Positions 45,201 through 54,307 of a stretch of 64,000 nt of DNA are shown here, piece by piece. The translations under genes were made by a program, and so were the position numbers. Position 1 is the first letter of the stretch, and every line of letters begins with the position of its first letter. The stretch comes from a virus (taxonomy: Duplodnaviria; Caudoviricetes). The DNA lies in the IMG/VR virus record IMGVR_UViG_2740892280_000002, positions 15,512-79,511 of that record, one strand, 5' to 3'. The notes beneath the pieces are model-generated. The model saw nothing but the letters and a program-made list of their open reading frames with translations. It was not told the origin of the DNA and made no database searches.

Positions 45201-45767
45201 TATATCAACGGCCACGTACTTGCTGCCGCTACGGCTCTAAACGTTAGGGCTACCGGGTTTCTTGGGGGCGTGGTCGCAGACGGGAAAACTTACCCGTTAG
45301 CCGGTCGCGTTAGGTTGGCCGGTATCGACGGCAAAGTTACCGCCGACGCTCAAGCCCTTGTCTCGACGGAATACGTTGCCCTCGGTGGTCAACCCGTTAC
45401 GCTTTCCGCAGATGCAAAACGTGAAGCGTCTCCCGGAGCGGTAACGGTTTCGGCCTTCTCCGGGAACGTTCTTGCCGACGCAGTAGGGCTCCCGTTGGCT
45501 GGCAGGGTAGGGGTTGCCGGTCAAGAGCAGGCGGTTATCGTCGGCGGAACCTACGAGGCGCAAGCGAGCAACGTCGCGTTTAGTAAGCAGAGCGCTTCGA
45601 TCAGCGCCGGTTCGGTTCCGGGCGTAAGATCCTCCGCCCTCTCGGTCGCTGGTATCGGCGCAGCGATCTACGTAATGGCGCCACCGCATCGCCGGATAGA
45701 TCCGGAAGCCGAGATCCGGAGCATCTATCCGGGTAACGAGGAGCGGCAGATCAAGGTCGCCGTATAA
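42234..45767 (+). CDS. large virion protein with degenerate ~22-aa beta repeats
   Basis: SDA/ADA recurring at 22-aa spacing; A/S/V/G/T rich; C-terminal PPHRRI..EAEIR. Confidence 0.7.
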   Translation: MGIGSSSLNKSPATGTTSARVGGIASWESFSNAGSSDNLYAESQSLAQGETSNLLYVRGFDFALDPGSEILGIEVSVEASESGGDAVIDLIQIADSSGALIGGNIAAGEDFGAGAKVASDWSALLEVGALSQNFDTSVSYGNSTSLFGATLDAVTVNSPNFGVKIGVTKTGVESGQVFVDRVGVTIHYRTDKLLSVAERVVSLTGNIQNVSAGAFRASSGITTFEVPTFFAAIEAGVSPIIPAAKLVVSGFAPTTERDQNVIAGIRSAGAFGFVPDIDVDALVTAGTSATSLIGFVPEDVQVNIYRTARAGALDLYPFGALTVADAQPSVARGVVDVSGFEPLPIVDHFVTASASSVETRPATASVSAGAHLPTEAGRVGAYGLVSSVTSDAYLTTSLSVADVLGLDAKASSDAILSASASSVTVLGLQADVTSDAFNKPETGSIGAFGQVQGHRNGHKLTLPTIGGTLVSGALGSISADAKLTASSSSTSIAGLQAGFRNGHTLSTLLMPVTVVGYSPAVSADAKLVSLLLGSETVSGVQPEFHVAANFFPKTSGLSVTPLAPTTRRGHRVRVDEYSIRAYGFFANVVADQFIAASATSADIAGEVATLRASRVLSTSKSTIEVTGNSQNVSAGAVLSSATSGLDVLGAKAGVVSTAFATPTLGQIRLIGHRLDVRASHTLQALNSPSAIEGYTGSATATVKASTVTGGVTFAGKQALARVDAQIEAFSTSTEIIGKAPRLIQAQRVRVGGDAINALGQNALVRSDAFRTVRAAPYSVMGRKASVEADTSSRARLGVVAFAPTSPVNADLKLGHVLAASDSFVGVFGSLLDVKTDAKPNTSQAIVSVVGQVPDLNLSKTATAANSALSIAGLPGGISAGGTPRVGLGVISASGVAPSLRASARNRASRSLTVVRGVEASVAFGVVLSVAESLLEVSSGRANASYGHVKVANRGGARIAQLPPASLESDAKPNEAKAPIRVEISGTPPAYINGHVLAAATALNVRATGFLGGVVADGKTYPLAGRVRLAGIDGKVTADAQALVSTEYVALGGQPVTLSADAKREASPGAVTVSAFSGNVLADAVGLPLAGRVGVAGQEQAVIVGGTYEAQASNVAFSKQSASISAGSVPGVRSSALSVAGIGAAIYVMAPPHRRIDPEAEIRSIYPGNEERQIKVAV

Positions 45768-45865
45768 GCACGATCGGCATGGCGCGGGGTTATTTTTTGT
45801 CCCCGCGCCTATACCCGTAGGTTGTTCATAGCAAATCCCAATCGGCAACAATCTTGGAGTTTTCT

Positions 45866-46312
45866 ATGGCAGTGGGTGCATTTACGGTCGTCAACGATGC
45901 GCTTGAGCGTATTCTGAACGGCACTGTCGACCTCGACAGCGATACTTTTTACGCGGCTCTGATTACCGAAGCGCATACCGCTGCGGTTACCAATTCGACC
46001 TGGGCGGATATCTCCGCCTCCCATGCTTCCGGCACGAACTACTCTCCGGTTGACCAGTCCTTGACCGTCGCCGAAGCTGCGGGCGTTGTCACCGTCGACT
46101 CCAATGACGCGAACTTCGGCAACAACGTCACGGTTGAAGCGAAATACTGCTACATCCTGGCTGGTGATGAGGCGGCTCCGGCGGCTGGCGACGCTATCAT
46201 CGGCTATGTCGATCTCGACGACTCCTCCGGCACCGCGACGATCTCCTCGACCTCCGGTGACTTCGTCGTTAGCTGGAACGCCTCCGGCCTGTTCACCGTC
46301 CAGCGTCAGTAA
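45866..46312 (+). CDS. putative fibre/filament subunit
   Basis: GGAG RBS; capsid-like biased codon use; DLDSDTF.AAL, WNASGLFT. Confidence 0.65.
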   Translation: MAVGAFTVVNDALERILNGTVDLDSDTFYAALITEAHTAAVTNSTWADISASHASGTNYSPVDQSLTVAEAAGVVTVDSNDANFGNNVTVEAKYCYILAGDEAAPAAGDAIIGYVDLDDSSGTATISSTSGDFVVSWNASGLFTVQRQ

Positions 46313-46331
46313 TCTTTAGGAGCCGGTAGGT

Positions 46332-46832
46332 ATGGCACTCTTTACCAAAGACCCTGACGCTTATCTCGATTACTCGGTCGATTGGAAAGCGTGGATGCCT
46401 ACCGGCTCCAAGATTGTCTTTTCCGAATGGGAGGTCCCTAGCGGATTGACGCTAGGGCACCAATCCCATGCCGATACGTCCGCGACGGCGTTCATTCTCG
46501 GAGGAGTTTCCGGAGAGGTCTATTCGATCCGGAACAGGATCTATGTCGACGCATTTACGACGACTGGCGGGGATATTTCGGCGGATGCCACCCTCGGTCG
46601 ATTTGTTTTCGGGTCCGCTAACCCGTCGACTATTTTCGGCGTCGTTCAAAAGATCGTCGTCTCCGGCTTTGCCTCGCCGTCCAACAACGGCGTGTTTTCC
46701 GTCGTCTCGGTTGGCGCGGACTACATCGAGGTCGAAGAAGCGCTTCAAGATGAAACGGCGGGTCAGCAGGTCGCGGTCTCCGGTGGCTTGATAGACGACC
46801 GGTCAATGAGAATCCGTATTAGGGAAAAGTAA
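46332..46832 (+). CDS. fibre adaptor-type protein with internal insertion
   Basis: KDPDA.LDY.VDW..W, GG..G..Y.I.NRI, DRSMRI.I.E; ~80 aa insertion between the last two motifs. Confidence 0.65.
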   Translation: MALFTKDPDAYLDYSVDWKAWMPTGSKIVFSEWEVPSGLTLGHQSHADTSATAFILGGVSGEVYSIRNRIYVDAFTTTGGDISADATLGRFVFGSANPSTIFGVVQKIVVSGFASPSNNGVFSVVSVGADYIEVEEALQDETAGQQVAVSGGLIDDRSMRIRIREK

Positions 46833-47341
46833 TGGCCTTCGACGCGACGGTAGGTGGCCCGGACGCTACCAGCTACGCCTCAACCGATGAGGCAGATGAT
46901 TTCTTTGCGGATCGCAATGCGCCCGCTTGGAACTCCGCTTCATTTGAAGACCAGGAAGCGGCGCTATCACTCGCAACGGATTACCTTGAAACCGAGTATA
47001 TCGGTCGGTGGGCCGGATCTATTGCCTCGCCTTCGCAACGCCTTTCTCACCCGCGTAGAGGGGTTGTAGACCCCGAGGGGAGGGCGATCCCGGCGAACGT
47101 AATCCCGGAGCCTGTCAAAAGGGCGACGTTTGAGCTCGCGGTGCTATCACTTTCCGGCGAAGACCTATTCGCCCGTAATGAAGATGATGCACGTGTCCTT
47201 GAGGTTGAGGAGACTGTCGGGCCTATCACGACAAAAACCAAGTATCAAAGCGCGGTCGGCATTTCCCGTATCTTTCCGCAGGTCGAGCGATTTATCCGCC
47301 CGTTACTCTCAAACCGACGCGGCAAGCTCGTGAGGACCTGA
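46832..47341 (+). CDS. head-tail adaptor (often labelled DnaT-like)
   Basis: SYAS..EAD.FF..R, AL..ATDYL, W.G, Q.L..PR, IP..VK.A..ELA. Confidence 0.8.
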   Translation: MAFDATVGGPDATSYASTDEADDFFADRNAPAWNSASFEDQEAALSLATDYLETEYIGRWAGSIASPSQRLSHPRRGVVDPEGRAIPANVIPEPVKRATFELAVLSLSGEDLFARNEDDARVLEVEETVGPITTKTKYQSAVGISRIFPQVERFIRPLLSNRRGKLVRT

Positions 47342-47712
47342 TGGGATTATCAAGGGATCGCGTAAGACAGGTGGTAGAGCGCGCTTTTGCTTCCGGTGGG
47401 GACTTGATCCGTCCGGGTATCCTTCGCCTGCCTACCACTGAATATGACCGATCAACAGGCAAGACCGTAAAGACGTATGTGGAGCATAAGTGCCGCGTAC
47501 TCCCGGACGGCTTAGCCTCAAAGGGCGGGGTCAACAAACAGGAAGAGCTTGGCGTCCTGCCCGGAGATAGGAAAATGTTTGTCGCCGAGCTCGCGGTCGA
47601 GCCCGAAACAAAGTCTGTTCTTGAAGTTGATGGAAGGGCGTTCAAGGTCATTCTTGCTAGCGACGTAAGCGCAGGCTCCGGCGCTCTTTTCGAGCTGTAT
47701 GTGAGAGGCTAA
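47341..47712 (+). CDS. head closure / head-tail joining protein
   Basis: Size, position, GDRK motif. Confidence 0.6.
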   Translation: MGLSRDRVRQVVERAFASGGDLIRPGILRLPTTEYDRSTGKTVKTYVEHKCRVLPDGLASKGGVNKQEELGVLPGDRKMFVAELAVEPETKSVLEVDGRAFKVILASDVSAGSGALFELYVRG

Positions 47713-48104
47713 TGGTTTCCCGGATCGACATGAGCGAGTTTAGCCGCGCTGCTGTCGCGGATCTTGCGGAAGATGTCCAAGGCGATCTTGAGACCTACGT
47801 CAAACGAGGGTCGCTCCAGGCCCTAAGCTCGATTGTTGAGGCGAGCCCGGTTAACGAGGGGCGTTTTCGTTCCGGCTGGATTACGACGGCAAACGCAACA
47901 AGCAACTACGCGCCTCCTCCTGGGCAGGAATCTTACCCGAATGACGCCGTGTCTAAGGGCTCTTCGGTCATCAAATCCCTTAAAGGCTTCCCGGTCGTTT
48001 ATATTCAAAACAACGTCGAATATGGCCCATTCCTAGCGGACGGATCATCGGCGCAGGCCCCAGCGGGCTTTGTTGAATTGGCTGTAGAGGCGGCTTTTGC
48101 ATGA
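47712..48104 (+). CDS. HK97 gp10-like neck protein
   Basis: SPV..GRFR.GW, I.NNVEY...L..G.S.QAP.GFV. Confidence 0.8.
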   Translation: MVSRIDMSEFSRAAVADLAEDVQGDLETYVKRGSLQALSSIVEASPVNEGRFRSGWITTANATSNYAPPPGQESYPNDAVSKGSSVIKSLKGFPVVYIQNNVEYGPFLADGSSAQAPAGFVELAVEAAFA

Positions 48105-48508
48105 GCGTTGCAACAATCCGGCGAGAGATTGAAGGCGTCTTCGGAGACGAATTTCCGTCTGCGTACCCGAATGTTGCAATCACATACGAAAATACAGGCT
48201 TTGATCACGATCCGGAATCTTTCTGGCTTCGTCTAACGATCCGAACGAATGAGCCAAGACGGCAAGATATCGGCGCGTCAAAAGGACTTTACCTGACGAC
48301 CGGCGTCGCCCTCTTTCAAATTTTCGTTCCTGTCGGCCAAGGGACCGGCGAAGGATTGGAAATTGCGGACGCGATTGATGACATTTTTCGCGCCCGCGAG
48401 ACCGAGCACATAAGGTTTCGGGCCTCAACCGCGATTCCGGTCGGGGTTTCAAATAGCTGGTACCAGGTCAACGTATCAGTTCCGTTCCGTGCTTATTTTT
48501 TCAAGTAA
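48101..48508 (+). CDS. tail terminator protein
   Basis: I.YEN..F, G....QIFVP.G.G, WYQVNV.VPF. Confidence 0.8.
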   Translation: MSVATIRREIEGVFGDEFPSAYPNVAITYENTGFDHDPESFWLRLTIRTNEPRRQDIGASKGLYLTTGVALFQIFVPVGQGTGEGLEIADAIDDIFRARETEHIRFRASTAIPVGVSNSWYQVNVSVPFRAYFFK

Positions 48509-48535
48509 GCGTAGCCAAAATCGAAAGGTTAAGAC

Positions 48536-49753
48536 ATGGCTGTAACTGATTATGGAGCTGGCGCGGATACGAGCCGATTTCAGCTCCGGATTTTCGAGGA
48601 AACGAAGTGGGGCAAGACTCCCGGCTTTGGAGGTGAGCCCGGTTCGGCACCGAAGTTTACCGACTTGCGCAATACCGGCGAAAGCCTGAACCTAAGCGAG
48701 TCTTCGACGCAGTCCGAAGAAATCCGCGACGACCGGTCGATCACTGACTTGATCCGGACCGGTTTCGAGGCTGGCGGCGACGTCAACTTCGAAGCATCCT
48801 TCGGAACATACGACCCGCTCCTCCGAGCAGCCGTCTTCGGCGAGTGGACTCCTGCCGTCTCCCTGACTGGTCCGGTTACAATCGGGACGGACGGCGTCAA
48901 CGGAACTCTTTCCGACGACGACGCAACAGGCGTTCTTGGCGGGCTTACTGCCGGCCAGTTGATCCATATCTCCGGGCTTACAAACGCGAGCGAGGACGGC
49001 TTCTATTCGGTTGTTAGCGTAGATAGCGCGGACGCCGTTTCGATCTTCCCGAACCCGACCGATATCGTCAGCGATCCGGCGGTAACGGTCAAGACCGGCG
49101 GAATGGTCCGTAACGGCGTGACCGTCAACTCGTTCTCAATCGAGAAGCAATTCGGCGACGTTGGTCAGTTCTTCCTCTATCAGGGGATGCTGGTTAGCTC
49201 TATGGAGCTCAACTTCAATGCCGAGGAAGTTCTTGCGGGTACGTTTACGTTCCTCGGGAAGAATGGCGCTAACGCAACCTCTACCTACGGCGACGGCTCT
49301 CCGACCCCGGCTTCGACGACCCCGGTTATGAACGCCGTCAACCACGTTGCGTCCCTGCGCGAAAGCGGCGTCGAGCTTTCGTCTTCGAATAGCTTTATTC
49401 GGACGTTCTCGATTTCGCTCGACAACGGTCTCCGTGGTCAGAAGGCAATCGGCGATGCCGGAAACGTCGGTGTCGGCCTCGGTCGCGTCAACCTGACCGG
49501 CTCCCTTGAACTCTATTTCAAGGATGGCGCGCTCTACACGAAGTTCATCAATGAGACCGAAATCTCGCTCGACCTGACGGTCACGGATCGCCTGGGTAAT
49601 AGCTACATCTTCACGCTTCCCCGCGTGAAGTTGACTAACCCGCAGATCTCGGCGGGTGGGCCTGATGAGGACGTTATTGCGACGTTTGAGTATCAGGCTC
49701 TGCGCGACCCGGTAACCGGAGCGACGATCCAGATCGACCGTTTTGCGGCCTAA
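48536..49753 (+). CDS. major tail tube protein
   Basis: R.TGESL...SEEIR.DR, GGDVNFE, FSIEKQF.D, LTGSLELYF.D..LY.KF. Confidence 0.85.
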   Translation: MAVTDYGAGADTSRFQLRIFEETKWGKTPGFGGEPGSAPKFTDLRNTGESLNLSESSTQSEEIRDDRSITDLIRTGFEAGGDVNFEASFGTYDPLLRAAVFGEWTPAVSLTGPVTIGTDGVNGTLSDDDATGVLGGLTAGQLIHISGLTNASEDGFYSVVSVDSADAVSIFPNPTDIVSDPAVTVKTGGMVRNGVTVNSFSIEKQFGDVGQFFLYQGMLVSSMELNFNAEEVLAGTFTFLGKNGANATSTYGDGSPTPASTTPVMNAVNHVASLRESGVELSSSNSFIRTFSISLDNGLRGQKAIGDAGNVGVGLGRVNLTGSLELYFKDGALYTKFINETEISLDLTVTDRLGNSYIFTLPRVKLTNPQISAGGPDEDVIATFEYQALRDPVTGATIQIDRFAA

Positions 49754-49780
49754 TTCGTAGCCAAAATCAGAAGATTGTAT

Positions 49781-49815
49781 AAGCGGGGAAGGGGAAGCCT
49801 TTCCCGCTTTTTTTT
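49781..49815 (+). terminator. intrinsic terminator after tail tube gene
   Basis: 12-bp stem plus long T tract. Confidence 0.75.
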
Positions 49816-49839
49816 CGGATAAAACCTCAAGGAGATGGC

Positions 49840-50232
49840 ATGGATATCGGGAAATTTCGGACGAACAAAGAAGCTGAAATCGAAGGCGCGTGGGTCGATA
49901 TCGGCGACGGCTGCAAGGTCAAGGTCGCTCGGGCGAACAACTCCGAATACACGAAGAAAATGCAGAAGCTTTCGAAGCCGCATGCAGCCCAGGCCCGCGC
50001 TGGCAACCTCGGCGAAGAGCTTGCAACCGAGATCCTCTGCGAGGCAATGGCCGAGACGATCCTTCTTGATTGGGAAGGTCTCAAAGACGGCGGCAAGGTC
50101 GTCCCGTATTCGACGAATGCGGCTTTTGAGATCCTTCGCGACGTTCCGGACTTCCGGAGCTTCATTTTCGATCTCGCTTCCGAGGCGGCTGTCTTCCGTA
50201 ACGAGATTAATGAGGACGCCAAGGGAAACTAA
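49840..50232 (+). CDS. tail assembly chaperone (gpG-like)
   Basis: ILLDWEGL, VPYS; position between tube and tape measure. Confidence 0.85.
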   Translation: MDIGKFRTNKEAEIEGAWVDIGDGCKVKVARANNSEYTKKMQKLSKPHAAQARAGNLGEELATEILCEAMAETILLDWEGLKDGGKVVPYSTNAAFEILRDVPDFRSFIFDLASEAAVFRNEINEDAKGN

Positions 50233-50558
50233 AAAGCGTTCTCGAATGGCAGCTTGAATGGGGCGAAAGCCTAGAGCAGCTTGAGCGATTTGCGGAGAAA
50301 AGCGGACATGTACCGCGAGCCCTCGCAAATCGCCCGGACTTATTCGAGGACGTTCGGTGGGTATGGGATGCATTCAAAAGGCTATCGCCAGCGCGGTCGT
50401 TCGCTTTCGGTCAGCCACAGCCTATCCAGTTTTCCGAGATCGAGGCTTATTGTCGGTTATTCGGTATCGACGACGGCGAAGATTTGGCATTCTTGGTAGA
50501 GGCAATCGCCGAGTTAGATGATCTCTTTATTTCGAAGATGATGAAGAAGGCGCGATAA
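50223..50558 (+). CDS. -1 frameshift extension of tail chaperone (gpGT-like)
   Basis: Slippery G GGA AAC at 50223-50229 just before the TAA; -1 frame open to TAA 50556-50558 (LEWQLEWG..WDAF.RLS..R..PI.FSEIEAY). Confidence 0.8.
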   Translation, partial: GKLKSVLEWQLEWGESLEQLERFAEKSGHVPRALANRPDLFEDVRWVWDAFKRLSPARSFAFGQPQPIQFSEIEAYCRLFGIDDGEDLAFLVEAIAELDDLFISKMMKKAR

Positions 50559-50575
50559 TTCCTATCGCGCCTTTT
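50547..50575 (+). terminator. intrinsic terminator
   Basis: aaggcgcgata/tatcgcgcctt perfect stem plus T tract. Confidence 0.6.
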
Positions 50576-50610
50576 GCTGTTGGATAATTCCCTAAGTATT
50601 AGGGGATTAT

Positions 50611-53250
50611 TTGATGACGAATACAGAACGTCGAATTAGCGTAGTAATCGATGCGTCGAGAGCTGAAGCAGGCGCGCGTCGTGTTACCTCGGCCCTAAAC
50701 GATATCCGAGGCGCTGGTGAGCGTGCGGAGAACGGTCTAAACCGGACGGAAAACGGTGTCCGGCGTCTCAATCGCTCCTCCGGCGGACTTATCTCATCTC
50801 TCGGTCAGGTTAGAGCAGCTCTCGCAGGTGTTGGGGCAGCTCTCGGTCTTCGAGAGATCGCTCGTATTGCCGACACCTACCAACTGATTGACGCCCGCCT
50901 CAAACTCGCTACGGGATCGGCCCAAAAGGCAAGCGTCGCTTTTGCCGAGCTTCGGGCTTTGGCGGACGATACCGGGCAGAGCTTTTCCGGCACGGCGGAG
51001 CTCTTTACGAGCCTTCAAAGAGCGACTGCGGACCTCGGGACAAGCCAAGAAGACTTGATGTCGACGACGCGGACGATCAACAACCTTGTGCGCGTCTCCG
51101 GCGCTGACGCTCAATCCGCAGCAGCGGCTATTACGCAGCTTTCTCAGGGCCTTGCTTCCGGCACTCTTCGCGGCGACGAATTCAACTCGGTAGCCGAGCA
51201 GCTCCCTGCCATTCTTGAGGTTATCTCTCAAGCGACCGGCAAGACGCGAGGAGAGCTTCGGGAAATGGCTGCTCAAGGCCAGATTACGGCGGAGCTTGTC
51301 CTTACCTCTCTTCTCGGTGCGGCTGACGGCGCTCAGGCTCTTGCGGACGGTATGGGGCAGACGATTGGTCAGGCTTACCAAAGAGCAACAAACGCAGTCG
51401 AAGCTTTTATCGCAGCTCTCTCGCAGAACACGGGTTTCGCCAATCTCTTGAAGGCGGCTTTAAACGGGCTCGCGTCATCTTTCGACTTCCTGACAGCAAA
51501 CGTCGATACGGTTGTTAAGCTTCTCCAAGCAGGCGCTTTTGCGGCGGCTCCTGCGATATTCCTTCAGATCGCTTCGGCGGCTCGCGTTGCTGGGGCGGCT
51601 ATCGCTATCGCGTTCTCGGCTAACCCTATCGGCCTTCTGATTACAGCAATCGGGCTTGCTGCCGGCGTTCTTACGGCGTTCCGGGATGATATCGAAATCG
51701 TTGCCGGGACGGGGATAACGCTCGGCGATGCGATGACGGTCGCGTGGGGATACGTCAAGGACGCGATCTCGGCAGTCGGCGAGGCTGTTCAAGGCGCTGG
51801 AAATTACATTTCTGAAATCGCCTCGGCTGCGGAAAGCTTGATCCCCGGTATCGGTGAAGCCTTCAAAACAACCGGCGAGACAATCGCCCAGGTCGTCCGT
51901 GGCTGGTACAATCTTGTAATCGGCGCGTTTATCGGTATTCCGCAGGCTGCGGCGTCCGCTCTTCAACTTATGGTCAAGGTCTTCGTAACGGCGTTCAGTC
52001 GGGTCCGTGAAATTACACTCGCGGCAATGAATGACGTCAAAAACATCATTGCCACACTTGGTCAGGATACGAGTTTCTCTAACCTCAAGGCCGAAATCGA
52101 AAAGGGTTTTGATACCGGGTTTTCAGAAGGCGCTACGGCTATCATTGATACCGCCGTGGGTAACCTGACGCGAGACTATGTCGGCGAGGCGGCTTCCGAG
52201 CTTCAAGCGGTCGCGGACGCGGCGAAATCAGAGCTTGATAGCCGATTGGTCAATGCCCGTAATTCTCGTCAGGCTAACGAGTTTGCGGCGGCGGACTCCG
52301 CTTCCGTTGATGCCTTCAACTCTCAAGGACAAGCGGCTGGCACGAACTACTTCGGAGACAATACCGACCGGATCAATCAAGAGACTGCTGCAATCCTCAA
52401 TCAGGCGGGAGCCCGTGGCGCGAACGCTAGCGCGGCAAGCGCCGAGGGGGCGGCAAAGAAAGCTGCCTCTATGGTCGAGGATTTGACACGTGAAAACGAA
52501 CTCCTACAGCAGGTTCAACAGGGGAGATACTCCTCGCTTGAGACGGCTCAGCAAGAGCTTGCGATCCGTAAGCAGTTGACCGGAGCGACCGAGCAGCAGA
52601 TCCAGAAGGTTATCGAGCTTAAGGCGGCAAACGACAACCTCAAGACCTCGCTTGAAAACCAGCGTCAGCTCGGGGAGCAGATCGGCTCTACCATCGCTTC
52701 CTCTTTTGAAGATGCGATTTTCTCGGGGAAGTCTTTGCAGGAAGTCCTTAAGGGCTTGGCCCTTGATCTTGCAAAGCTGATTTTCCGCGCGACTGTCGGT
52801 AGGGCGATCACAAATTTCTTCGGCGGCCTCTTCGGCGGCGGCGGCGGACTACCTCTGCCGTTTGCAAACGGCGGCGCGTTTATGAACGGCCATGTCGTTC
52901 CCTTCGCTAATGGCGGCGCGTTCGTCAACCGCCCGACCCCGTTCCCTATGACCGGCGGACGTACCGGCTTGATGGGCGAGGCCGGTCCGGAGGCGATTAT
53001 ACCTCTTGCGCGCGGTCGAAACGGCAAGCTGGGCGTTCAGATGAGCGGAGCAGCGAGCGAAACAAGAACAACCGGCGGGAACGTTATTAGTTTTGGCGAC
53101 GTCAACGTTACGGTTGAAGGCAACAACAGGGACGGCGCGGAGATCGGCGAGGAGGCATCTCGCGAATTCATGCGTCAGGTTGAGCAGAAGATGGATGAAC
53201 GTATCTTCAACGCTCAGCGTCCCGGCGGTCTACTTCATAAGGTTGCCTGA
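50611..53250 (+). CDS. tape measure protein
   Basis: AD.YQ.I.ARL.L, QL.QGLASG.LRGDEFNSV.EQ; C-terminal FA.GG, GLMGEAGPEAIIPL. Confidence 0.95.
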   Translation: MMTNTERRISVVIDASRAEAGARRVTSALNDIRGAGERAENGLNRTENGVRRLNRSSGGLISSLGQVRAALAGVGAALGLREIARIADTYQLIDARLKLATGSAQKASVAFAELRALADDTGQSFSGTAELFTSLQRATADLGTSQEDLMSTTRTINNLVRVSGADAQSAAAAITQLSQGLASGTLRGDEFNSVAEQLPAILEVISQATGKTRGELREMAAQGQITAELVLTSLLGAADGAQALADGMGQTIGQAYQRATNAVEAFIAALSQNTGFANLLKAALNGLASSFDFLTANVDTVVKLLQAGAFAAAPAIFLQIASAARVAGAAIAIAFSANPIGLLITAIGLAAGVLTAFRDDIEIVAGTGITLGDAMTVAWGYVKDAISAVGEAVQGAGNYISEIASAAESLIPGIGEAFKTTGETIAQVVRGWYNLVIGAFIGIPQAAASALQLMVKVFVTAFSRVREITLAAMNDVKNIIATLGQDTSFSNLKAEIEKGFDTGFSEGATAIIDTAVGNLTRDYVGEAASELQAVADAAKSELDSRLVNARNSRQANEFAAADSASVDAFNSQGQAAGTNYFGDNTDRINQETAAILNQAGARGANASAASAEGAAKKAASMVEDLTRENELLQQVQQGRYSSLETAQQELAIRKQLTGATEQQIQKVIELKAANDNLKTSLENQRQLGEQIGSTIASSFEDAIFSGKSLQEVLKGLALDLAKLIFRATVGRAITNFFGGLFGGGGGLPLPFANGGAFMNGHVVPFANGGAFVNRPTPFPMTGGRTGLMGEAGPEAIIPLARGRNGKLGVQMSGAASETRTTGGNVISFGDVNVTVEGNNRDGAEIGEEASREFMRQVEQKMDERIFNAQRPGGLLHKVA

Positions 53251-53597
53251 TGCCGATAACGTTTAATCCGTCGTTTGCGCCGTCTTATCCGGCGCAAGAA
53301 CAGGTCGAATTTAAGGTCTTGGAGGCTCCTTTCGGGGACTCCTACCGGCAACGCGCGCCGGACGGCCTAAATTCGACAGAGGAGAGCTACAAGCTCCGGT
53401 GGGAGGTGTTACCCCTCGCCGATGGCGAGGCGATCTATAGCTGGCTCCTAGCGAGGAAAGGCGTCGAAGCCTTCGAGTTTACGATCCCCGGCGATAGCGG
53501 TCCAAAGGTCTGGACCTGTCAGAAGCTTAGCCGATCCCGCTCCGGTCCGAACCACGTAACGGTCACGGCCGATTTTCGCAGGGAGTATGATCTATGA
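53250..53597 (+). CDS. minor tail protein M-like (distal tail)
   Basis: FGD.Y.QR..DGLN, L....G.EAF.F. Confidence 0.85.
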   Translation: MPITFNPSFAPSYPAQEQVEFKVLEAPFGDSYRQRAPDGLNSTEESYKLRWEVLPLADGEAIYSWLLARKGVEAFEFTIPGDSGPKVWTCQKLSRSRSGPNHVTVTADFRREYDL

Positions 53598-54307
53598 CGC
53601 AGTCGGCGAAGGTTACCGGGGCAACTCAAAAGCTTACGCTTGATGCAATCGTAGAGCTTATCGAGATCGATATCGACGGCTTTTCCGAGCCTGTCTATAT
53701 CACCCCCGGCCCGCTAAACGGCGCTCCGGTCAAGTTTGGCGGAAAGATCTATCATCCTGTCCCGCTCGAAAGCCGAGGGTGGGAAACCAACGGGCAAGGG
53801 CAGATGCCTCGCCCTATCGTGCGCGTTGCCAACACGAACAACCTATTTTCGGGGCTGGTGCAGAACTTCGACGATCTTGTCGGCTCCGAGGTTCGTCGCG
53901 TTCGGACACTCGCCCGCTTCCTCGATGGTCAACCCGACGCTGACCCTAATGCAACCTTTCCGGTTGACGTCTTCCGGGTCGAGCGGAAGCTAACTCAAAA
54001 CAAGCTCCTAGTTGAGCTTGAGCTTACGGCGGCGTTTGACCAGGAGGACCGTAAACTCCCCGGTCGGCAGGTGATTAGAAACACCTGCACGCAGCGATAT
54101 CGCGCATACAGTACGGCGACGGGAACTTTCAACTATGACCGTGCAACTTGCCCATACTTCGGCTCAAAATATTTCAATATTTCAGGAGCTCCTGTTTCGG
54201 ACCCGTCGCTAGACCGCTGCGGTAAACGGCTATCCGATTGCAAGCTCCGCTTCGGCAACAACGCGACGCTGCCGACCAGGGCGTTTCCCGGAACAGGTAA
54301 ATACTGA
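53594..54307 (+). CDS. minor tail protein L-like
   Basis: Y.P.P....G, GQ.PRP...V.N, R.RT.A.FLD, C...YR, C.Y.G, C.K.L..C..RF. Confidence 0.9.
   Translation: MTQSAKVTGATQKLTLDAIVELIEIDIDGFSEPVYITPGPLNGAPVKFGGKIYHPVPLESRGWETNGQGQMPRPIVRVANTNNLFSGLVQNFDDLVGSEVRRVRTLARFLDGQPDADPNATFPVDVFRVERKLTQNKLLVELELTAAFDQEDRKLPGRQVIRNTCTQRYRAYSTATGTFNYDRATCPYFGSKYFNISGAPVSDPSLDRCGKRLSDCKLRFGNNATLPTRAFPGTGKY

Noticed and set aside
46832-47341. DnaT primosomal protein
   Set aside because: The family is often labelled DnaT-like, but its position in the neck cluster indicates a head-tail adaptor.
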